Notes: generated from the letters alone by a model not told the origin. Positions 9,128 to 18,584 are shown, counted from the first letter of the stretch. The stretch is DNA of 64,000 bases from an uncultured Nitrososphaerota archaeon (GCA_963842885.1 CAWJIE010000004.1:320001-384000); one strand, 5' to 3'. Made by a program: numbers and translations.

Positions 9128-10246
9128 TCAAGAGTCTCTCCCGTTCGATTTCTTGCCTGCATTTTGTATGAGTGTCATCCATTTATTCTCTCCCTCTACG
9201 GTTATCCCCGCAACTTCGGCGGGCGTCTTACCGCCAAATGCCCTGTGTGGTTTCACGTAATTGTGGTGGATAGCATAACCGTTTGCGAAATTCCGCGCTG
9301 ACTCGATAGTGCGAAACGATCCGATTACGTGAAGCCTTTTCTTCATTACTCCGTTGAGCCGCTCCACCCTGTTATTTGTCGCTGGACCGACTAGGCCAGG
9401 ACCCTGAATGTGAATCGCAGGGCGCTTCAAGGTTGATCGTAGGGCTACATCATAGGGGGCTGCTCCGTCGGTCACCACCTCTTCGGGTTCTCCCGCTCGC
9501 CTTATCCCCTCTAGGACTATCTTGGTCGCTTCCACCACGTTCCTTCTCTGACTTACTCGGACGGCTATGAGGAAGCGGGTCTTTTCGTCCAGTAGATTCC
9601 AGAACAGAATGTGCCTTCCTTTGAGGTTCACGTAGGTCTCATCAACATTCCACCTTTCGCTGGAAAGGGAGACCTGACCCTCCAAAGCTGCGCTTGCCAG
9701 CACGACGTACTTGCGAATCCAGTTCATCACGGTGACGTGTGACACCTTTAGGTGCCAGACCGAGAGGAGATGGCCCGACACCTCCCTTAGGCTCAGCCCC
9801 CTAAAGTAGAGATCCAGGGCAGAGGCAACCGCTGAACCCTCTGTCTTGGAGTTTGCGAAGGTAGAATCCACGAACCTTGTGCGACACGATTTGCAGTAGT
9901 ATCTCTGGGTTGCTCCTTTCTTGTTGTGCCTGATCCCCCGACGTACCAGTTCTATTCCACCACACCTCGGACACTTCGGAGTCTCGGTCGTTTGGTTATT
10001 CAGGATGGTCGTTACTTGCTCAGTTGCTCTATGATAGAAGACCGCCGCGATGTGCTTGCACCGCTTATGGCTTTGGCGGTAATCAGGACAGGAGCACGCC
10101 CAGTGAGTGCGCCGCCACGAGACTGTATAGACCTCCGCACACGTCTGGGATTTGACTCTATAGCATGATGAGTCGACTCGATGAACGGACTTGAGCAATG
10201 TTAGCCCTCTGACTTCCCGTCTTCCGAGTGTCGCCATACGAATCAC
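9128..10246 (-). CDS. SWIM + Zn-ribbon + DDE transposase/integrase (IS6-like core)
   Basis: CSCPDY...CKH (SWIM), CPRCG...RYYCKSC, HTH, WNVDETY, VTDGA, NNRVERLNG. Confidence 0.85.
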   Translation of the reverse strand: MIRMATLGRREVRGLTLLKSVHRVDSSCYRVKSQTCAEVYTVSWRRTHWACSCPDYRQSHKRCKHIAAVFYHRATEQVTTILNNQTTETPKCPRCGGIELVRRGIRHNKKGATQRYYCKSCRTRFVDSTFANSKTEGSAVASALDLYFRGLSLREVSGHLLSVWHLKVSHVTVMNWIRKYVVLASAALEGQVSLSSERWNVDETYVNLKGRHILFWNLLDEKTRFLIAVRVSQRRNVVEATKIVLEGIRRAGEPEEVVTDGAAPYDVALRSTLKRPAIHIQGPGLVGPATNNRVERLNGVMKKRLHVIGSFRTIESARNFANGYAIHHNYVKPHRAFGGKTPAEVAGITVEGENKWMTLIQNAGKKSNGRDS

Positions 10247-11127
10247 TTCCTTGTTTGATCCTGTGCCGCCCTCAGCTCACTAATCACGAGGGTCGCCGTC
10301 CGCTCAGCCACATAAGGGAGGTTTCTGAAGAACGAGGTGATATCCATGGCGAACTCCGAATCGTTTGCTTTGACCAACTGGCTCGTTGAAACAGATGGTC
10401 TGGTCTTGTTGTAGGCGCACGTTTGATCGGGGCAGGCTCCGCAGTAGTTCCCTGGAACCGTGATTGCTTTGTCGTTCTTCAATCGCTTGGCTTTCTCTAG
10501 AATGGAGCAAATAGAGAAGCGAGCAAACTCCTCCACTTCCAAGGGCCTGAACATTACGACTTGCCCCGTAATCACCCTGATTAGCATCAAAGGAGAGTCA
10601 TCCCAAAGGTAGCGGTCTATCTGTTCCAGAGGCAATCCCAAGCTGGCCTTGATTTCAAGCCTGATCCTCTGCTGACCGTTCTGCAGTATTCGGCAGGGGG
10701 TTCCGCTCTCTATGACGGCATCGTATATCCCGAAGTCCGCCTTCTCTTCTGTTGCAAGTCGCACATTGAGACCTTCCTCTTTTAGGCGGATCTTCAAGTG
10801 GTCGAGTATCTTGAGGGTGGCGTATTCGCTCTTCTCCCTGTAAACCGAATCGAACTTTTTGTATTCCTCTGGGATTTGGTGACACAGTATGAAGGCAATT
10901 CGTCTCTCACAGATGTCCGAAGTTAGGAGTTTCGTCACGCTCGCGATGCGCTGCCTACCCTTGTGAGTCCACCCATATCTGATGCACAGATCGTTGATCG
11001 TTACACGGAGCTGGTCTTTGCGGGCGGCGAATGCTGTGGAAGCTTCCAAGTCAGGCGGCAACGCGGCAGGTCTCTTCCTACGTTCGGGGTCTGTTCCTAG
11101 GTCATCGTCTGGGATTGGAGTCGTCAT
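10243..11127 (-). CDS. Cas4/AddB-like PD-(D/E)XK nuclease with four-Cys cluster
   Basis: SVTKL...CERR, GIYD, LEIK, QIDRY, PGNYCGACPDQTC. Confidence 0.7.
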   Translation of the reverse strand: MTTPIPDDDLGTDPERRKRPAALPPDLEASTAFAARKDQLRVTINDLCIRYGWTHKGRQRIASVTKLLTSDICERRIAFILCHQIPEEYKKFDSVYREKSEYATLKILDHLKIRLKEEGLNVRLATEEKADFGIYDAVIESGTPCRILQNGQQRIRLEIKASLGLPLEQIDRYLWDDSPLMLIRVITGQVVMFRPLEVEEFARFSICSILEKAKRLKNDKAITVPGNYCGACPDQTCAYNKTRPSVSTSQLVKANDSEFAMDITSFFRNLPYVAERTATLVISELRAAQDQTRK

Positions 11128-11357
11128 TGAAGCTCATCCTCGCCAAGAAAACGTTCAACCGCAAAGACGTGTTCGCACTTGATGCCTCTTTGCAAGAAAT
11201 CGGGGCACTCGCACCACCATTCACCTTTCTGCATCGAGACAGTGTGCCAAGTCGGTCCGCTCTGCGACTTCACTTTGAAGGACTGCGAACGACCTCGAAT
11301 AACAAATCCGATCTGTCTGCAGCCAGCTACGCGTTTCCCATTTTGTGTGTCCATCAT
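11124..11357 (-). CDS. Stand-alone SWIM zinc-finger protein
   Basis: FKVKSQS...WWCECPDF...CEHVFAV. Confidence 0.8.
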   Translation of the reverse strand: MMDTQNGKRVAGCRQIGFVIRGRSQSFKVKSQSGPTWHTVSMQKGEWWCECPDFLQRGIKCEHVFAVERFLGEDELQ

Positions 11358-11486
11358 ACCTTATCTACCTAATCGACCCATACGACTGGGCACTTTATAA
11401 AGGTATAGGTAGATGCGACCTAATAGGTATGGCGCTACATATCAGTGCATAAGACCTATAAGCCACACAGATAACATTCTGACGGG

Positions 11487-11657
11487 ATGGGCCAGAAATC
11501 AGCGGTTGCGCGTGCGAGCAACAAGTCTCCTTCGGTGCGAACTACAATCCCCGAGAAGATAGCCCAGGAACTGAAGCTTGACCCTGGGGACATCTTAGAC
11601 TGGGAGGTCGTGCAGGAGAAGGGTAGGCTAGTTGCTAAAGTTAAGAAGCTGGAATAG
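11487..11657 (+). CDS. AbrB/MazE/SpoVT-family regulator (56 aa, not in ORF track)
   Basis: SVRTTIPEKIAQELKLDPGDILDW; divergent from the SWIM operon. Confidence 0.8.
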   Translation: MGQKSAVARASNKSPSVRTTIPEKIAQELKLDPGDILDWEVVQEKGRLVAKVKKLE

Positions 11658-11672
11658 GCCTGCGACGTAGCC

Positions 11673-12320
11673 ATGGTCACGAGTAGCGCTTCTCACGGAC
11701 GGAAGAGACCATCTCTTAAGGTCAATCCAGAGGATGTGTTGCATTACATCGAACACACGCATCCCAACATACTGTCCGACGAACTGGACCACAAATCGGT
11801 CTCAGAAGCCTATCCTTGGGGCAGCGCTCAGTACAACGAAGCCGCATCCGTATTCCATGCCGCCCAGCGATACCACTTGACACCCGAACAGATGGCAAGA
11901 GTCATGGGTGGAGAGCTGACGGTCAAGCTAAAGCCGAAGAAGGATTGGGATAGGATCTTCTCGCGGTTCATAGCAAAGGACAAGGCAGACTGCGCCAAGG
12001 GTGAGAAGCGATTCTATCAATACCGCCTGAGGCGTGGCGATTGGAAGGCCGTCCCGAAGAACGGAGACGATTTCCTGAAATGGGCAAGAAAGAATGGCTG
12101 GGATCTGTGGACAGCCGTCCCCGAACTGGCCAAGCTGACTATGAGCTATCAAATGAAAGAGATATACAAGCCGATGGGAGGACCTCACTTGCTTCCCACG
12201 GCGATGTCTCCAAATGCAAAAGCGTGGGCTTCGAACTATGGCGTCGGTCTCTTGGCGCACATGATGGTTCACTACGGCATCGTCAAGGACGAGCGTAGCT
12301 TCAAGGACTTCGACACTTAG
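11673..12320 (+). CDS. Hypothetical protein
   Basis: 215-aa ATG-started soluble ORF just downstream of AbrB; no motif recognised. Confidence 0.55.
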   Translation: MVTSSASHGRKRPSLKVNPEDVLHYIEHTHPNILSDELDHKSVSEAYPWGSAQYNEAASVFHAAQRYHLTPEQMARVMGGELTVKLKPKKDWDRIFSRFIAKDKADCAKGEKRFYQYRLRRGDWKAVPKNGDDFLKWARKNGWDLWTAVPELAKLTMSYQMKEIYKPMGGPHLLPTAMSPNAKAWASNYGVGLLAHMMVHYGIVKDERSFKDFDT

Positions 12321-12370
12321 GCACTCTAACTCGCCTGAAATGGGGTCCCGCAAGCTAGCTGAGAAGGTTC

Positions 12371-12463
12371 GGTCAGTAGAGGAGATGTTCTATAACGGTT
12401 ACGGACAGAAAAGTCAGCCCTATCGGGCCCGTCGGGAATCGCGTCCACCTAGGTCCTCTAACA
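12371..12463 (+). repeat. Long inverted repeat, left copy (contains right-arm motif GGGAATCGCGTCCACCTAGGTCCTCTAAC)
   Basis: Aligns with the reverse complement of 21832-21915 apart from a 9-bp indel and scattered substitutions. Confidence 0.85.
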
Positions 12464-12539
12464 AGTTGCGATCGGAGGGCATACGGAAGATGCCGAGTCC
12501 AGAAAGCAGGGAATATAACGGTCTGGCTCATATCATCGC

Positions 12540-13589
12540 GTGATGGCCCAAGGCAGCCCACCTTCGCATGAGGTGTTACCAGCGGGCGATGGCCGCGTCC
12601 GCAAGTGGCTGGGAATTGCAGGGATCTTCCTCGGCATCGCGTGGGCGGCCAGCGATGTCCTTGCGCCCCTCTCGCTGTACTACGGCTACTTCCAGGGGAG
12701 CCTTGCCAGCTACCAGAACGACCTCCAGCCGTTCCTCAGTTTCAACGCGTGGCGGGTATTGACCGCGCCAGCTTCGGCCATGGTGGCGCTGGTAGGGTAC
12801 AGGGTGGCGAAGGGGCGAAGTCCCTCAAGGCCCGTCATCCTCGCCATAGTCCTGCTCTACGGCGGTGGCTTCAGCGTGCATTCGATCCTCACGGCCCTGA
12901 TGACTCCGTTCTTCCTGGGCCCCAACCTCTACCTCCTCCAGGGCGCGTTTCTGGCCGCATGCGGCGCGCTCTTCGTCCTGTACGGCAGGCGGGGCTTCAA
13001 GCTGGCTGGCTTCCTCCTTGCGGAAATGGGGGTCTTTCTCTTCTACATCGGTGGCCTGACCCTTCCGCCAGGCTTTGCAGACTACGGTTGGATGACCGTG
13101 GTCTCGACAGACTTCGCGAAATTCCACATCATCGAGGACCAGTTTCGCCTGTGGGTCTTCTTCACCCAAGACGTGGCACCTGCGTTCCTGGCAGTGGTCG
13201 GCGTCGCACTCGCAGCGGGAGCGATGAGGGCATATGCGTCCCAGAGGGAAGGAGTTGTGCACAAGATCGGAGACTTCCTTCTCTTTGTGTGCGGGTCAGC
13301 CTTCGGCCTCATTCTCATCATCGTCAGTTGCTTCGGTGGCGCCCTGTTCGGCGCCCTGCTGGTCTACTCCATCAACACTCTTGGACTCGGGGCGGCCTCT
13401 CCCTTCGTCCCGATACTCGCGGCTGGGCCGATCGTTTCCGCTGTCCAGGCTGTGGGTGGGGTCTTCGTGATCTTGGCATCCCTTCCCCGACGAAGTGGAA
13501 CTTCGTGGCGGTGGGGGCCTCCACTCGACTGGGCAGCAGGTTCATACGACGGCCAGAGCGGCACGGATAATAACCCAAGTCGCCTATAG
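12540..13589 (+). CDS. Multi-pass membrane protein
   Basis: About 8 hydrophobic segments; GC-rich codon usage. Confidence 0.65.
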   Translation: MMAQGSPPSHEVLPAGDGRVRKWLGIAGIFLGIAWAASDVLAPLSLYYGYFQGSLASYQNDLQPFLSFNAWRVLTAPASAMVALVGYRVAKGRSPSRPVILAIVLLYGGGFSVHSILTALMTPFFLGPNLYLLQGAFLAACGALFVLYGRRGFKLAGFLLAEMGVFLFYIGGLTLPPGFADYGWMTVVSTDFAKFHIIEDQFRLWVFFTQDVAPAFLAVVGVALAAGAMRAYASQREGVVHKIGDFLLFVCGSAFGLILIIVSCFGGALFGALLVYSINTLGLGAASPFVPILAAGPIVSAVQAVGGVFVILASLPRRSGTSWRWGPPLDWAAGSYDGQSGTDNNPSRL

Positions 13590-13599
13590 GAAATCTGCA

Positions 13600-14028
13600 A
13601 TGGCGACTCGAAGGAGGGTGGTGGTTGCGGTTGCTTCGACTCTCGTCGCGGTTGTTGTCGCCGTCGCCGTAGGCTTGTGGCTCTGGCTGGGAGCAGGCGG
13701 AGGCGGCGGGACATTCTCGGTGAGTTACTTGGAGGTGACTTCGCACCCGTCTCTTGGCTACAGCGAGGTGGACTTCACCATCTCCAACAGGAACACCGTT
13801 CCGATGGTCAGCTTGGAGGTCGATGTGAATGGCGAGAGCACGGCCCCCCTCACGATAGGCCCAACCGCCAGTTATCCAATTCCACCTGGGCAGACTGTCA
13901 CAGGTCTAAGCTACTCCCCTATCGTCCGCATCGTGCAGGGCCAGACCTACACTGTCGTTATCACGGCGGGGTTCGGCGACGGAACCAACGCGAGCTTCTC
14001 CTGGACCGTTGTGGCGGGAGGGACCTGA
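13600..14028 (+). CDS. Membrane-anchored pilin/Ig-like surface protein
   Basis: MATRRR plus TM helix, then a beta-rich domain ending QTYTVVITAGFGDG. Confidence 0.6.
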   Translation: MATRRRVVVAVASTLVAVVVAVAVGLWLWLGAGGGGGTFSVSYLEVTSHPSLGYSEVDFTISNRNTVPMVSLEVDVNGESTAPLTIGPTASYPIPPGQTVTGLSYSPIVRIVQGQTYTVVITAGFGDGTNASFSWTVVAGGT

Positions 14029-14103
14029 TGACAGCTCTAGCCTTGAGCAACAGGCTCAAGAGGCAGGGCACGTCGGGAATCGCGTCCACCTAGGTCCTCT
14101 GAC
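14021..14103 (+). repeat. Hairpin site (left arm GGACCTG ... right arm GGGAATCGCGTCCACCTAGGTCC)
   Basis: Inner stem TTGAGC/GCTCAA, outer GGAC/GTCC; overlaps the TGA of the upstream gene. Confidence 0.75.
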
Positions 14104-14152
14104 GGCCACAGAGCGACCACTTAAATCGGACAATCGAGCAAACCATCTCCGA

Positions 14153-15388
14153 ATGTCAGAGGACGTCGCGGCAGGAGAACCATCACAAGCACCCACGCCG
14201 AAAAGAAACTGGGGGGTGTGGGGAGTGTGGTTCGGCGTCGCCCTCTTCTTCTCGGTGGTCATTTTCGCGGAGGGCTACCTGGTCAACCTCATCCTGACCA
14301 CTCCAGGCTCCATGCCCGCTCCAATCCCTTTAGGCTATGCCGTGGCGCTCGGGATATGGGGCATCGTTCTGAATCTGGCGCTGATGCCTTTCGTGGGATA
14401 CTTCGTCCAGCAGAGGGTCAAGCCGTTCGACCCTACGGGGATCTTTGCCATGACCCTAGCTGCTGGGCTGCTGGTCGGGATAGTGCCCACGACAATCGGA
14501 CAGGTCTGCACGACCAATGCATCTACCACATGCAGCTACCAATTCGACGTCGGCACCCTCTGGAGTCAATCGTATTATGTAGTGTCCGCCCTCACAGACG
14601 CTCTCAACGTCTCACTAGTCATGCTGGCAGGGGCGTTCCTTTCGCAGTGGCGCCAGGGTGCGATCACGATGGCCAGCCCCGCCCGAAGTAAGCGCATCCT
14701 CCTCGTAGCTTGGCTGGTCATAGGCTTCGTAGCGGTAGGAGCACAGTCGGTCGCCTACGCTTTCGCCATCATCGGCATCAGCAACCCCTATCTGATCGAT
14801 CTTTCGTCGGGTCTTCCATGGTCGTACGGCAGCTTCGCGAGCCTGCTGGCGGGACCACTCCTCGCCTCCTGCCTCGGTTACTTCCTATACTCTAGGCTTC
14901 GTGAAGTCGGCATGAGGCAGCTGTTTTCGATGGTGGCCCTGGGGGGGATGCTGGCCTTCGTCATCACACAGGCGGCATACGGAATAACACTCGCAAGGGT
15001 GCCATCGGTCGTCTTCGGCACCATCGTCACAGGAATCTTCCCCGCGTGGATCGTCCTAGGCGGCTGCCTTCTCTCCATCCTTGAGAAGGGGCGGACACAT
15101 CCAGGCGTTGACGAGGCTGCTTCGCTCGGCCACCAGGATGCTTCAGGGAGGCTGTCGTACCCGACGCTCGCCGTCGGCTTCGCCGTCACGATTGCATTCT
15201 ACGTCCTTGGCGTATTGAGTCAGACCTCTGTGTTCAATACCTCGTATTCATTTAGGCAGGACGTCGGCGCGAGCGCGTTCTATGGTCTCCTTATCGGGCT
15301 TTTCATTGTTTTTTCTGGGTTTGCGCTGCTTCATTCAGAGCATCAAGCGAAGAAGGCCGTAGTCAGTGATGCCACCGACGTTCCTTGA
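14153..15388 (+). CDS. Multi-pass membrane protein
   Basis: About 10 TM segments; ATG 14153 follows a TTAAAT box. Confidence 0.65.
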   Translation: MSEDVAAGEPSQAPTPKRNWGVWGVWFGVALFFSVVIFAEGYLVNLILTTPGSMPAPIPLGYAVALGIWGIVLNLALMPFVGYFVQQRVKPFDPTGIFAMTLAAGLLVGIVPTTIGQVCTTNASTTCSYQFDVGTLWSQSYYVVSALTDALNVSLVMLAGAFLSQWRQGAITMASPARSKRILLVAWLVIGFVAVGAQSVAYAFAIIGISNPYLIDLSSGLPWSYGSFASLLAGPLLASCLGYFLYSRLREVGMRQLFSMVALGGMLAFVITQAAYGITLARVPSVVFGTIVTGIFPAWIVLGGCLLSILEKGRTHPGVDEAASLGHQDASGRLSYPTLAVGFAVTIAFYVLGVLSQTSVFNTSYSFRQDVGASAFYGLLIGLFIVFSGFALLHSEHQAKKAVVSDATDVP

Positions 15389-15464
15389 CCTTCTCTTCCA
15401 TGTCGCCTGTATTTGGATTGGATGCATATGCCCCCAGACCCTTTGCATGACGACTCTCCCTCGC

Positions 15465-15556
15465 GGGCTTGGACCTGCGAATGGGCTGGCTCGGTTTCAA
15501 GTTTGCCCAACCTGTAGTTTAGGCAAACAAAGGAAGCCCTTTCGTGGGTGGTCTTG
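15465..15556 (+). repeat. Hairpin site (left arm GGGCTTGGACCTGCGAATGGGCTG)
   Basis: Stems GTTTGCC/GGCAAAC, GGGCT/AGCCC, CGAA/TTCG, GACC/GGTC. Confidence 0.7.
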
Positions 15557-15631
15557 AAGTCTGCTCCTTAGGGAAACCAAGTCTTGTTAAAGTTCTGCTG
15601 GAATCGGTTTTAGGCTGTGGTTTTCCTAGGT

Positions 15632-15720
15632 GGGCATGGACCTGCGAATGGGCTGCTCGTTCGTCTTTGTGTTATTGAAAACAATAGGTTAATTGAACAA
15701 GGGCGAGGCACCTTACGGCC
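15632..15720 (+). repeat. Hairpin site; ~85-bp direct repeat with 16208-16300
   Basis: GGACCTGCGAATGGGCTG...TATTGAAA...TAGGTTAATTGAAC...GAGGCA is shared; overlaps the stop of 15713-16243. Confidence 0.75.
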
Positions 15721-16243
15721 AGACTGCCTGACAAAGGTAACTGTTCCCAGCTGCTGTTATTACTGCGATGTCATAGCTCTGTCCCGAACTGACGTTCAGG
15801 GTCGACCTCCCAATCAATAGCTCTCCTTCGGTCCCAGATGCCAGCATGAAAGCGCCCGCTGAGGTCTTATTGAAACTCCCTTCAGGGGTTATGCTGCTCA
15901 GCGGGACCGACGCGTTGTTAAACAAGACCTGGGTAACGGTCGCTGAATAAGGACAATTGTTGAAAGTGGTGATGATGAGGGTGCTGTTCGAAGCGTCCGT
16001 CGATGTGGCGAGAACGAGTTTTTCCGTGTGTTCAGGGGGTATGTAGAGACCAGACCCAAAAGACGCTATAAGTCCGAAGAAGGCCACGAACCCCACCAAG
16101 AAGATGGCTATGACAATGTACCCCTTTTTGCCTGAACTATTTTGGGCCGTACAGGAGACTGAGGTATTGCGAAGATATGAATGCTGTGGCACAGGCGCTG
16201 AGAACGTGGGCTCGGACCTGCGAAATGGGCTGATCTCGTTCAT
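15713..16243 (-). CDS. Pilin-like surface protein
   Basis: KKG followed by a hydrophobic helix (class III signal-like); C-terminal YDIAVITAAGNSY. Confidence 0.6.
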   Translation of the reverse strand: MNEISPFRRSEPTFSAPVPQHSYLRNTSVSCTAQNSSGKKGYIVIAIFLVGFVAFFGLIASFGSGLYIPPEHTEKLVLATSTDASNSTLIITTFNNCPYSATVTQVLFNNASVPLSSITPEGSFNKTSAGAFMLASGTEGELLIGRSTLNVSSGQSYDIAVITAAGNSYLCQAVWP

Positions 16244-16305
16244 CTTTGTGCTATTGAAATCAGTAGGTTAATTGAACGATAGGGGAGGCAACTTAGGTCC
16301 CCGAC
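16208..16305 (+). repeat. Hairpin site
   Basis: GGACCT/AGGTCC, CGTTCA/TGAACG and CTATTGA/TCAGTAG nested stems. Confidence 0.75.
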
Positions 16306-16368
16306 ATTTGGCAGGCCAGAGTTCAACGTAGATGATTCAATCTGCTGGACGCTGCCAGTTGCAGGAGA

Positions 16369-17151
16369 CTAGCCTGATTGCCTCGGCAAGAGAACACGAA
16401 TCAAGTTCATGACGGCAAAGACGACCGCCGCCCAGAATGCAATATCTACCGACAGTCCTAACACGTCAATGGAAAACCACGGCTGAGACTGGAGAGGTCC
16501 AAAGGAGTAGAACTGATGGGCCCAAGCAAATGGCCACCCGACATCCATGTGGGAGAAGGTCCAGCTCCCAATTGCTGAAATGAATGTGAGAGCAAAACCA
16601 GCCGAAATGCTGGAAATGACCGAGGCGCCCCTTTCCGATGCGAAAGCCATCGTGATTGAGGCCAGCCCGACCACGACTCCGATGATGGCGAGGATGGGAA
16701 GACTGTAAGGAAACAGAGGACAGAATGCTGCACCACTTGAGCCGCAGTACGTCGTGCCTACGGTTGCAGGTGGCAACGTGGCTACATCGGCTACGATGCA
16801 AAGGATTCCGACGGCAATGCAGGTGTTCCTCAGCGTCTTGTGGACCTTGGTGTCAGTGGTATCCTTCGTCGCCGCCACCTTCACCATCTTCACGAAGGCC
16901 AGAGCCTCCTTCCCGTCGTCCGTCAGGAAATAGGCCCCGTCCGAACCGCTCCTGACCAAGCCGCCCAGCTTGCTCAAGTGGAATTGAAGGTGCCCACTAC
17001 TCTCAAGCCCTACCCTTCGCCTCAGTTCCGAGAAGCCAAGCGGGCCGTCTTCGAGAACGTGAAGTATCCTGATCCTGATTGGGTGGCCAAGGGCATCAAA
17101 GAGTTCCGCCTTTGACTTGTCGAAGTCAGTGTTGTCAGGCTCGTCAGGCAT
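16369..17151 (-). CDS. ArsR-like HTH protein with C-terminal TM domain
   Basis: LFDALGHPIRIRIL...GFSEL...SSGHLQFHLSKL...YFLTDDG plus about 4 TM helices. Confidence 0.8.
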   Translation of the reverse strand: MPDEPDNTDFDKSKAELFDALGHPIRIRILHVLEDGPLGFSELRRRVGLESSGHLQFHLSKLGGLVRSGSDGAYFLTDDGKEALAFVKMVKVAATKDTTDTKVHKTLRNTCIAVGILCIVADVATLPPATVGTTYCGSSGAAFCPLFPYSLPILAIIGVVVGLASITMAFASERGASVISSISAGFALTFISAIGSWTFSHMDVGWPFAWAHQFYSFGPLQSQPWFSIDVLGLSVDIAFWAAVVFAVMNLIRVLLPRQSG

Positions 17152-17255
17152 AGCTTACGGTAAGTTGACTCGGAGATATAATGCCACGTTTATGGACAGG
17201 GAGGCGGTCATTCCCTCCCAGTCGGTCTACGAAACTGGCATGGCTACTCTAGGTC

Positions 17256-17301
17256 GTGGGCTTGGACCTGCGAGGACTCTATATAGAGCGCGTCTGCCCA
17301 T
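17256..17301 (+). repeat. Compact hairpin site
   Basis: GTGGGC-TTG-GAC-CT-GCG-AGGA-CTCTA-TA-TAGAG-CGC-GTC-T-GCCCAT. Confidence 0.75.
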
Positions 17302-17370
17302 GCCTCCTATTGAAGTTCAGAGAAGGCAGCTTAATATCGGCCGCGCTCCCTTCGAGCATCAGTCTCGTCC

Positions 17371-17742
17371 TTGTGGGCGTCACTGACCGCAGCGAACTAT
17401 TTCCCCGAGATCGTCTCATTTCTAGTCCTGTTCACGATGGCGCTGTACTACGTCTACAGGACGGCGATACTCACCGCACTCGGAGACCGCCGCCCCTCCA
17501 GCACGACGGTGCTGCTTCTCGGGGGGCGCCCGATACGCCTGGCGGCGCTCGTCGAGCCTGTTCTAGTCGTGGCTGGAAGCCTCTTGGTGTCTTACCTTGT
17601 GATATATCTCATCACCGCAGGCTTCTTTCTGGGATACCAACTCATCATTGCGGGCTTGGGGACGATGGCCCTGGGGCTCGTCCTAGTTGCCATTACCAAG
17701 CTGCGAAGGCACGCTTGGCTTGAAAGCGATCGACGAACATAG
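17371..17742 (+). CDS. Small membrane protein
   Basis: 3 hydrophobic segments; its stop is directly followed by the repeat. Confidence 0.55.
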   Translation: MWASLTAANYFPEIVSFLVLFTMALYYVYRTAILTALGDRRPSSTTVLLLGGRPIRLAALVEPVLVVAGSLLVSYLVIYLITAGFFLGYQLIIAGLGTMALGLVLVAITKLRRHAWLESDRRT

Positions 17743-17743
17743 G

Positions 17744-17781
17744 GGGAACCACGTCCACCTAGGCCCTCCGATGAGTTGCGA
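17744..17781 (+). repeat. Right-arm repeat copy
   Basis: GGGAACCACGTCCACCTAGGCCCTC...AGTTGCGA. Confidence 0.8.
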
Positions 17782-17888
17782 GTATAGAATGTTGTATACG
17801 GCCTTGGGCACATTCTGTGAAGGTTACGTACAAAGGAGCCAAGCTTGGTTGTCGGCTTCGGACACGAGGAGTTATTTCGCAGCTCGGG

Positions 17889-18584
17889 TCAGGACTTCCT
17901 TAGCCAGATTTCACGTCCGATGCCTTCGTCTACAGTTTCACATGTTCTGAAGTTGGACTTGGCGACAATGTCACAAATCTGGTCCTTCGTATAAGACGAT
18001 TTCAACAGACCCCTGAAAGTGAACCTCGTGACGAACGAGTTGACCAAGCCTAGCCGCATGTTGTTGACATATTCGTCAAGCTCAGCCTTGGTGGCTTCCT
18101 TCCGCATGTCTATGATTACCGCCTTTCCTCTGGGCCCGAGTACCCTGAAGACCTCGTCGAGTACTCTGGTGGGATCAGGGAAGTTCTTGAAAGCCGAAGT
18201 GCAGATGGCGAAGTCGAAAGTGCCATCTGAGAAGGGCATGTGCGCCGCGTCGCCTTGGTGGAACTCGACCTTTACGTTCGCCTCCCTAGCATTCTTCGAT
18301 GCGATGTCCACAAAGGTCTTGCTTATGTCGAGCCCCACGACCCTGTAAGCGCCAAGCCGAGCCAACTCGATGGACAGGTAGCCTGGGCCTGGGGCGACCT
18401 CTAGCACATTACTGCCTTCGGAAAGCTGGCCGCTCGCCAACTTGGCCCACGACGTGTACTGCTGCATGTCATTCCGCTGGGTCCTCGCATACCATTTGGC
18501 GATTAGGCCCTCCATAGCCACGCCCTTGTACGCTTTCCGTTTCTCCGAGGGTGAAGGTGGATTTGGCGTCTCGGCGCTGTCCAT
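17889..18584 (-). CDS. Class I SAM-dependent methyltransferase (UbiE-like)
   Basis: VLEVAPGPG, GLDIS, GDAAHMPFSDGTFD, RVLGPRG. Confidence 0.88.
   Translation of the reverse strand: MDSAETPNPPSPSEKRKAYKGVAMEGLIAKWYARTQRNDMQQYTSWAKLASGQLSEGSNVLEVAPGPGYLSIELARLGAYRVVGLDISKTFVDIASKNAREANVKVEFHQGDAAHMPFSDGTFDFAICTSAFKNFPDPTRVLDEVFRVLGPRGKAVIIDMRKEATKAELDEYVNNMRLGLVNSFVTRFTFRGLLKSSYTKDQICDIVAKSNFRTCETVDEGIGREIWLRKS

Noticed and set aside
14072-14103. Recurring peptide GNRVHLGP in several ORF-track translations
   Set aside because: It is the DNA repeat read through spurious ORFs or extensions; the copy at 18711 hits a stop immediately.
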